A stretch of 6,066 bases of DNA, taken from positions 1 through 6,066 of the IMG/VR virus record IMGVR_UViG_3300045988_001510. One strand, given 5' to 3'. This document shows positions 1 through 4,703 of this stretch, piece by piece. Position numbers and translations under genes: made by a program. Every line of letters begins with the position of its first letter. Positions within the stretch are counted from its first letter, which is position 1. The notes below the pieces were generated by a model, which was given only the letters and a program-made list of their open reading frames with translations, was not told the origin of the DNA and searched no databases. The DNA comes from a virus.

Positions 1-55
1 GCCTGCATCGTCACGAGTGTTAGGCTGATCACCGGCATTAGCCGTCTGAAGAAAC
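1..55. repeat. Terminal direct repeat, copy 1 (identical to 6012..6066). Assembly overlap marking a circular genome with a 6011-nt unit length.
   Basis: gcctgcatcgtcacgagtgttaggctgatcaccggcattagccgtctgaagaaac occurs at 1..55 and again, base for base, at 6012..6066. The capsid reading frame runs continuously through the join. Confidence 0.95.
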
Positions 56-426
56 ACACTAAAAAGATTCTGAGAAACACAAGGTACAGAAGCAAGCGCA
101 GTCGTATTTGCGGTAGAACTAGATGCACTAGTCATATAGTCCGTCATTTGAGTAAACGACTGTGGAAGCGCACGGGAAATCAGACGTAACGGCACAGCGT
201 AGAAATCGTAATATTCCTTAATACGGGTATAAGCAGCGGTATTTACCGGAACAGTACGGGTAAACCAATCCGAAGAAATACGATACTTAGTATCGGGAAT
301 AGCAATCTGCCAATAGCATGGCAAGATTTCACCAACCTTAGCAGTGAATAATTTCTTCGAACTTAAGTCGAAGGAAGACCGGTGAGTAGGAATCTTAGCT
401 CGGTCTAAGGGATTAAAATCACTCAT
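1..426 (-). CDS. VP1: Major capsid protein VP1 (phiX174 F / gokushovirus VP1 family), N-terminal 142 codons. It continues across the circular junction into 6011..4704.
   Basis: The ATG is at 424..426 on the minus strand. Hand translation of 426..1 gives MSDFNPLDRAKIPTHRSSFDLSSKKLFTAKVGEILPCYWQIAIPDTKYRISSDWFTRTVPVNTAAYTRIKEYYDFYAVPLRLISRALPQSF... with no in-frame stop. The RSSFDLS...G.L.P...F.AVPLRLI pattern is the conserved N-terminal signature of microvirus capsid proteins. 426 nt is exactly 142 codons, so the frame joins the 4704..6011 segment without a shift. This ORF is missing from the supplied track because it runs off the window edge. Confidence 0.9.
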   Translation of the reverse strand, partial: MSDFNPLDRAKIPTHRSSFDLSSKKLFTAKVGEILPCYWQIAIPDTKYRISSDWFTRTVPVNTAAYTRIKEYYDFYAVPLRLISRALPQSFTQMTDYMTSASSSTANTTALASVPCVSQNLFSVFLQTANAGDQPNTRDDAG

Positions 427-445
427 AATTAATTAAAATTAAAAA

Positions 446-2125
446 TTAAACCATACGATTGAATATATTATTAGCATCATTAAGAGCCTTATGTTTAATC
501 ATATCACGACAGAATGTCGCACTACGGTACCGGAGTTGCTCAAGGAGTAATACCGTCTCGCGCGAGACATTGGACAAGACATCCGTTTCGCACCCGTTCT
601 GAGGCAGCGAAAACACACAATCAGAAATGACTGGGTTGGCAGAGCGTAAGTCGAATGAATCTCGTAAACTTTCATAATCCTTTTTCTTTTCATATTCTAT
701 GCCTGTTTTAATGATAAACATAATACGACCGGAGTAAGCACTAACATCAGAACCGAAGTCAGGCAGATGCCAGTTACGGAAGAATTTATAGACATATAGG
801 AACAGCCGATATAACTTATTAATATAAGATTCAATATCGACATCGCTAGAACTGTTGCAGAACCTAGTAAGGCACCGAGAAGCATGTAATATAATCTTGT
901 CATCATCAGTAAGAATAGAGTTAACCTTAAGATATTGATAATAGATCCGAACAAGACTCAAAACTGAGTCTTGCTTGTAGTCAACGAATCCGAACTTAGC
1001 AATTCTCTGTGGCGTTCGGTGAACAGCGCAAAGAATTCGAGCAATCGCAGTAACATCGTCATTGCAAGCAGACGAGAATCGGGGCAATAAGGTACGGATA
1101 TACGACAAGGGTGGAGTGGACCGAACACTGACGCCATTGAAATTGTAGACTCTTCCGTTAACGACAGAATCGATTTTTTGCTCAATTTGCGCATAAGGGT
1201 CTTCACCTTCAACGAAATCGCAACCTTTCTCAAAGAATCCAACAGACGCTCGCGACCTGGGTCTAAATGCGCGGCATGATCGATATAACAGGGGAGAAGC
1301 GCACAAGCTGTTAACGTAACTCGCAACGTACGAGCCAGCTCCACCAACGGAACGTTGGAAATCTGAACGACCGAGTTTCCAACTCTTATCGTGACAGTAT
1401 CGTAGAACCTCGGAGACTTCTTTCGAGTTCGTGAATAATAAGAGATGATAATGCGGGCGGAAATGCACGGGTCCGTACTCACCCACAGCGTAGAAATGTA
1501 ACGTTTCATAAGAACCTAATTGTTGGAATAAATGTTTACGTAAGCGCTTAATATAATTCTGAACATCAACATAGTTCAGGAAGGGAATAAGATTATCACG
1601 ACCGTATTGCGGAGAAACGGGATAATCCGTTTTTTCAACGGCTTGCGTCTTAGTGATAAAACTACGAATAGCATCCATACTAAGAAACCAATTGTCCTTA
1701 ACAGGAACATATTTCTTAATTTCGCGGTCATACGGAACAGTACCCTGTACTTGTTCGAAAAAAATATGACGCAACATGGAGTTATCATCACATTGATACT
1801 CAGAAACAGGGATATATTTATGATATTCATCACCGAAATGGATATCTCCTGAAATACCTACAACGTCCTCATATTCACTGTGGAGGACCTTACAATTCAT
1901 AAGAGGAACATGAACATTATCATAAGTAAGAGTTACAAAATAAGAATACTTAAAAGCACTTCCAGCGGTCTTCACACGCATGGACGCTTTTTTAGCACGC
2001 TTATGGATACAATAATCGCATTGGCCACAATCCACGGCAATGCGTGCACCAGTGTAACGATTAGTAATAAACGAACGATGCTGACAATGATCAGCCGCTT
2101 TCAGTAAATCAGGAGAAAATTTCAT
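446..2125 (-). CDS. VP4: Rolling-circle replication initiator protein VP4 (HUH endonuclease, phiX174 gpA family), 559 aa.
   Basis: ATG at 2123..2125 and TAA at 446..448. Motif I is FVTLTY (aa 63-68). The HUH motif is PHYHLLLF, with the HYH codons verified at 1445..1453. The catalytic di-tyrosine motif is YVASYVNS (Tyr codons at 1328..1330 and 1316..1318), closely resembling phiX174 gpA YVAKYVNK. An N-terminal Cys/His cluster HCQH...CGQCDYCIH (2003..2089) is of the kind seen at the N-terminus of many microvirus VP4 proteins. Confidence 0.92.
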   Translation of the reverse strand: MKFSPDLLKAADHCQHRSFITNRYTGARIAVDCGQCDYCIHKRAKKASMRVKTAGSAFKYSYFVTLTYDNVHVPLMNCKVLHSEYEDVVGISGDIHFGDEYHKYIPVSEYQCDDNSMLRHIFFEQVQGTVPYDREIKKYVPVKDNWFLSMDAIRSFITKTQAVEKTDYPVSPQYGRDNLIPFLNYVDVQNYIKRLRKHLFQQLGSYETLHFYAVGEYGPVHFRPHYHLLLFTNSKEVSEVLRYCHDKSWKLGRSDFQRSVGGAGSYVASYVNSLCASPLLYRSCRAFRPRSRASVGFFEKGCDFVEGEDPYAQIEQKIDSVVNGRVYNFNGVSVRSTPPLSYIRTLLPRFSSACNDDVTAIARILCAVHRTPQRIAKFGFVDYKQDSVLSLVRIYYQYLKVNSILTDDDKIILHASRCLTRFCNSSSDVDIESYINKLYRLFLYVYKFFRNWHLPDFGSDVSAYSGRIMFIIKTGIEYEKKKDYESLRDSFDLRSANPVISDCVFSLPQNGCETDVLSNVSRETVLLLEQLRYRSATFCRDMIKHKALNDANNIFNRMV

Positions 2126-2127
2126 AA

Positions 2128-2436
2128 TTAGTTACGCTTGTCTATCACCTGCCGACGATTACGAGAGCAGAATGAAACATGAATAAATGTCGGATATATA
2201 ATAAGCTGGTCGAATGGCGAAACATTATCCGAAAAGATATGGATCATTTCAAGCAACTTACTAAATGTAGTAGAGCCATAAGGCTTAATATCAACAGCCT
2301 CGCCTACAAGGTGCTGAGAATTCGGGGCACCATTGCAAGCTTTATTCTGTTCGGGAGTACGGCGAGCACTAGTTATCGTAAAATGTACGTTAGAATACAA
2401 CAAGTACTCAAGAAAATGCATAAGAGTATAATTCAT
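2128..2436 (-). CDS. Zinc metallopeptidase, M15 family (Peptidase_M15_3 / VanY-like cell-wall peptidase fold), 102 aa. Putative endolysin.
   Basis: ATG at 2434..2436 and TAA at 2128..2130, only 2 nt before the rep ATG. ITSARRTPEQNKACNGAPNSQHLVGEAVDI followed by FIHV matches the family pattern [ST]-G-Y-R-x4-N-x3-G-G-x3-S-x-H-x2-G-x-A-x-D ... F-V-H-V, including the His-Asp-His zinc ligands. There is no N-terminal signal peptide or TM segment. The C-terminal tail is basic (SRNRRQVIDKRN). Confidence 0.8.
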   Translation of the reverse strand: MNYTLMHFLEYLLYSNVHFTITSARRTPEQNKACNGAPNSQHLVGEAVDIKPYGSTTFSKLLEMIHIFSDNVSPFDQLIIYPTFIHVSFCSRNRRQVIDKRN

Positions 2437-2516
2437 ATTCCGATAGCATTAAGAATATAACCTAAAGCAGCGGAAACAGCGCCAATCACAATTTTCCAAA
2501 TATTATTACTTTTCAT
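2433..2516 (-). CDS. 27-codon single-pass transmembrane micro-ORF (MKSNNIWKIVIGAVSAALGYILNAIGI). Candidate holin-like or membrane partner of the peptidase.
   Basis: ATG at 2514..2516, hand translated. Its TGA stop (2433..2435) overlaps the peptidase ATG (2434..2436) as ATGA. Its own ATG sits inside the last codons of ORF64 (GATGAAAAGTAA). It exactly fills the only long (69 nt) inter-ORF gap in an otherwise tightly packed operon. Its small-residue-rich hydrophobic core (G/A/S/I/V) is unlike the Leu-rich junk seen in the +1 frames elsewhere in the genome. Confidence 0.45.
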   Translation of the reverse strand: MKSNNIWKIVIGAVSAALGYILNAIGI

Positions 2517-2700
2517 CACTAGGAGTTTTAAGTTCAACAAAATCATCTTCTTCTTTAATCGAATCCACAATAACAATAAGACCCAACGGAGAAACTCGCT
2601 CAGAATAATTTCCAAGACCATCGAGAGAATTGACAATATAAGGCGAAATAACATCACGACCGGTGTTTTTGTCTTTAACTGAGATAATAAATTTCTGCAT
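2506..2700 (-). CDS. Hypothetical protein, 64 aa, mildly acidic. First ORF downstream of the predicted promoter.
   Basis: ATG at 2698..2700 and TAA at 2506..2508. The amino-acid composition is diverse and protein-like (MQKFIISVKDKNTGRDVISPYIVNSLDGLGNYSERVSPLGLIVIVDSIKEEDDFVELKTPSDEK). It is on the same strand as, and abuts, the downstream genes. I recognise no motif. Confidence 0.55.
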   Translation of the reverse strand: MQKFIISVKDKNTGRDVISPYIVNSLDGLGNYSERVSPLGLIVIVDSIKEEDDFVELKTPSDEK

Positions 2701-2749
2701 AATTGAAATAATTTTAAAGGGTTAATAATAATTGTAACTTCTACTGGGG

Positions 2750-2780
2750 CAAAGGTATGAGTTTTTTTTGTATTTCCAAA
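2750..2780 (-). promoter_or_regulatory. Bacteroides/Bacteroidota-type promoter: -33 TTTG (2780..2777), 19-nt spacer, -7 TAccTTTG (2757..2750), with two phased A8 tracts.
   Basis: The minus strand reads TTTG-gaaatacaaaaaaaactca-TACCTTTG, an exact match to the Bacteroides sigma-AB consensus (-33 TTTG, -7 TAnnTTTG, spacing about 19-21 nt as I recall). It lies about 50 nt upstream of the ORF64 ATG, at the downstream end of the only large non-coding region. A8 tracts (T8 on the plus strand at 2762..2769 and 2783..2790) are offset by 21 nt, two helical turns. It is the only exact TAnnTTTG I found on the coding strand in a non-exhaustive scan by eye. Confidence 0.5.
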
Positions 2781-2828
2781 TATTTTTTTTAGAAATTGTG
2801 GGGAGAGGACCATTTATGATGGAGTGTG

Positions 2829-2897
2829 AGTTGTGCGTTTATGGACAAGAGAATGGAGAATCCGAGAGGATAACTCGGATTTGCTTCGCACACAACT
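2829..2897. other. Nested inverted repeats: a perfect 8-bp hairpin (aatccgag/ctcggatt, 2859..2866 and 2874..2881, 7-nt loop) enclosed by an imperfect 9-bp outer stem (2829..2837 with 2887..2897, 2-nt bulge).
   Basis: Complementarity checked base by base. The element lies in non-coding sequence. Confidence 0.6.
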
Positions 2898-2982
2898 AGG
2901 GGCTTCGCTTAATTAAAATGTCCTAGATCCATTACTAATAGATCCAAGACAGAAGTGGATGTATACAGAGGTGTATAGACAC

Positions 2983-3004
2983 GGCAGGTCAGGTAGAACC
3001 TGCC
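2983..3004. other. Hairpin: 7-bp stem ggcaggt/acctgcc with an 8-nt loop.
   Basis: 2983..2989 is the exact reverse complement of 2998..3004. Non-coding region. It directly abuts the GGTGCGCA motif at 3007..3014 (minus strand). Confidence 0.6.
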
Positions 3005-3021
3005 TTTGCGCACCTACGTGC

Positions 3022-3045
3022 TAAAATACCGAAGCGGAACGCTTC
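3022..3045 (-). terminator. Weak candidate intrinsic terminator on the coding strand: stem gaagcg/cgcttc (3031..3036 and 3040..3045, 3-nt loop) followed on the minus strand by GGUAUUUUA.
   Basis: A 6-bp GC-containing stem and a short U-rich tail about 100 nt downstream of the VP2 stop, the last gene of the unidirectional gene array. The stem is short and the U-tract is interrupted, so support is modest. Confidence 0.3.
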
Positions 3046-3080
3046 TTTAAGGAAGTCGCTCCGCTCCATATTTCGATCAG

Positions 3081-3127
3081 GCCCTACGCGGGCGGCGGGT
3101 GTATATCGCTCAAACGCCGCGATAGGC
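3081..3127. other. GC-rich imperfect hairpin just downstream of the VP2 stop. There are two competing pairings: a 6-bp all-GC stem (gcggcg 3092..3097 with cgccgc 3115..3120) or a 9-bp bulged stem (gccctacgcg 3081..3090 with cgcgataggc 3118..3127).
   Basis: Complementarity checked by hand. It is the most GC-rich patch in an otherwise AT-leaning genome. No U-tract follows on the coding strand, so it is not a canonical terminator. Confidence 0.55.
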
Positions 3128-3148
3128 TTCTAGTCCTGAAGTATGTTC

Positions 3149-4252
3149 TTATTTACGGCCAAAGTTACCAAAACGAGCACCAGCGCCAACAACATTACCA
3201 GCACCAGCGGAAATAGCACCAAGACCACGGGAAACAGAATCCCAATAATGAGTACGGCCTTGTTTGCGAGCCAAGTCTGCACCATATTCAGCAGCTTTCT
3301 GATTCGCCATAGAAGTTTTATACTCCGTATGTTTACGAAGCTTAACATTCTTATAATCATACGTACTATCACGATATTGCAATTCATTAGAGGCGTTAGC
3401 TGCCTTAATCAAAGAGTCAGCCGTCTCGGAAGCTACACGATTGTCAATTTCCTTGCCGGAAGCTTCAGCAGAAGCAAGAATAGCACGCTGGATTTCAGTC
3501 TGTATTTGCTTCTCAGTAAGAGCACCTTGGGACTGGAGATTGGCTAAGGTTTGAGCCTTAATAAACAAATCAGCCTGTTGATTCTGATCCATATATTTAT
3601 TCATAATACGCTGAGCATCAGAATTAAGCAAAATCTGTGCTTCTTGAGCAGCAGATATACGTTCAGCAAACTGGGCGTTTTTTAAATTCTGAGCCTCGGT
3701 AGATTGGTCCAAAGCAGCAGACACACGACCCGTATCCTTATTCCAATAACCGGAAGAGCCAATAGCTAGATTCCTCCAGTTAGTAAGGCCTCTATAATAA
3801 TCAGACAAAAGAGGAGTTACCGTATCAGCCTGACGTGCACGAGAGCCTGATTCACCAGCAGAAGCCTCAGAAGCCTTAGCTTGAGCAAGGGAAGCAAGAG
3901 ACTGAAACACGCTAGAAAAATTAGGCTTATAGGCCTGCATACTAGGAACAGGAGCGGCAGTAGCAGCAGCTCCGCCTGAAGCAGGAGACCTAGAACCAGC
4001 CATAGCAGCAGAACCTTGAACAAACGGATTAAGACCACGAGAAATCATAGCGTCAGGAGAATTGTAGGCATTATTCATGCCCCACATCTGTTGCTGCCAA
4101 TCACGTTGAATTTGTGCCTGTTCTGCATTAAACGCGTTCTGTTCACGCATCATACGGAGATTAACCTTATTCTGATGATTCTGATTAACCATACCGACAA
4201 TGTTGTCGGTAAGGTTTGCAGCCGAGGAAGCTATAGCGTCAAATAGTCCCAT
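3149..4252 (-). CDS. VP2: Minor capsid / DNA pilot protein VP2 (functional analogue of phiX174 H), 367 aa.
   Basis: ATG at 4250..4252, sharing one base with the TAA of ORF146 (TAATG); TAA at 3149..3151. The N-terminal region ...NLRMMREQNAFNAEQAQIQRDWQQQMWGMNNAYNSPDAMISRGLNPF... matches the conserved pattern of microvirus VP2 proteins. It continues with an Ala/Gly-rich low-complexity segment, a long Q/A-rich helical region and a Gly-rich C-terminus. Confidence 0.85.
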   Translation of the reverse strand: MGLFDAIASSAANLTDNIVGMVNQNHQNKVNLRMMREQNAFNAEQAQIQRDWQQQMWGMNNAYNSPDAMISRGLNPFVQGSAAMAGSRSPASGGAAATAAPVPSMQAYKPNFSSVFQSLASLAQAKASEASAGESGSRARQADTVTPLLSDYYRGLTNWRNLAIGSSGYWNKDTGRVSAALDQSTEAQNLKNAQFAERISAAQEAQILLNSDAQRIMNKYMDQNQQADLFIKAQTLANLQSQGALTEKQIQTEIQRAILASAEASGKEIDNRVASETADSLIKAANASNELQYRDSTYDYKNVKLRKHTEYKTSMANQKAAEYGADLARKQGRTHYWDSVSRGLGAISAGAGNVVGAGARFGNFGRK

Positions 4253-4692
4253 TATTCAGGAGAGGCAGATGCGGAATCCGGAGACGGCGCTGCCTGTTGC
4301 TCTGCCAACATAGATTCGGCATAAGCCGATAATTCTGACTTCTCACTAGCCAATTGCTGTAAAACAGCCTGACGTTCAGACATCGTCTGACAATGACGGG
4401 AGATAACACAATCAAAGCGTTCCTCATCAGTCATACCATCCATAACAGTAGACTGAGTAGGATGCATCTGAGCAAGAATATTCTGAACATTCATATCACC
4501 AAGCAACCGGCGATATTTTTCCTGATTCAGCAAAATCTGCGTCATATCACATTGAATCAAGTCCCCATCAGGAGATTCGTCATACATAACTGTATCATAT
4601 ACAGACTGTTGATAACACGGATTATCCTCAATCAACTCGGGAACAACCTCATTTTTAATATAATCAGGGTTTTTATAAGCAAAACTTCTCAT
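4252..4692 (-). CDS. Hypothetical acidic protein, 146 aa, between VP1 and VP2. Positional candidate for an internal scaffolding (VP3-like) protein.
   Basis: ATG at 4690..4692, 11 nt after the VP1 stop. Its stop overlaps the VP2 start. Composition is protein-like, D/E/Q-rich. I recognise no motif, so the scaffolding role rests only on position and size. Confidence 0.7.
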   Translation of the reverse strand: MRSFAYKNPDYIKNEVVPELIEDNPCYQQSVYDTVMYDESPDGDLIQCDMTQILLNQEKYRRLLGDMNVQNILAQMHPTQSTVMDGMTDEERFDCVISRHCQTMSERQAVLQQLASEKSELSAYAESMLAEQQAAPSPDSASASPE

Positions 4693-4703
4693 AACAATAC
4701 AAA

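Noticed and set aside
1755-1767. T7 run on the coding strand (A7 at 1758..1764) forming a canonical slippery heptamer T_TTT_TTC inside rep, as a possible programmed -1 frameshift.
   Set aside because: The -1 frame hits a TGA stop within about 12 codons (FFRTSTGYCSV*), giving only a truncated N-terminal fragment. I see no obvious downstream stimulatory structure, so it is most simply the codons Ile-Phe-Phe.
2974-2980. TATAGAC, matching the right half of the phiX174 origin (ACTATAGACCAC).
   Set aside because: It is only a 7-mer, expected by chance about once in a genome this size. It also lies on the window plus strand, the non-packaged strand, where a Rep nick site would not be functional.
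2816-3069. Micro-ORFs in the non-coding region: plus strand 2816..2899 (MMECELCVYGQENGESERITRICFAHN, with a CxxC...CxxH pattern) and minus strand 3069..2989 (MERSDFLKEAFRFGILARRCAKAGST).
   Set aside because: Both are very short and lie across the inverted repeats, so their sequence is better explained by nucleic-acid structure. The first is antisense to every gene and lacks a promoter-like context. The second follows the putative 3' end of the operon. No supporting signal is visible, but conservation in relatives would change this.
2859-3081. Possible tRNA, ribozyme or CRISPR elements: an anticodon-arm-like hairpin at 2859..2881 and CUGAUCGAAA on the coding strand (3071..3080), which resembles hammerhead core boxes.
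   Set aside because: The hairpin loop (UUAUCCU on the coding strand) lacks the purine 3' of the anticodon position, and no acceptor, D or T arms flank it. The CUGAU and GAAA boxes are adjacent with no stem II between them, so no hammerhead can form. No spaced direct repeats typical of CRISPR are present.
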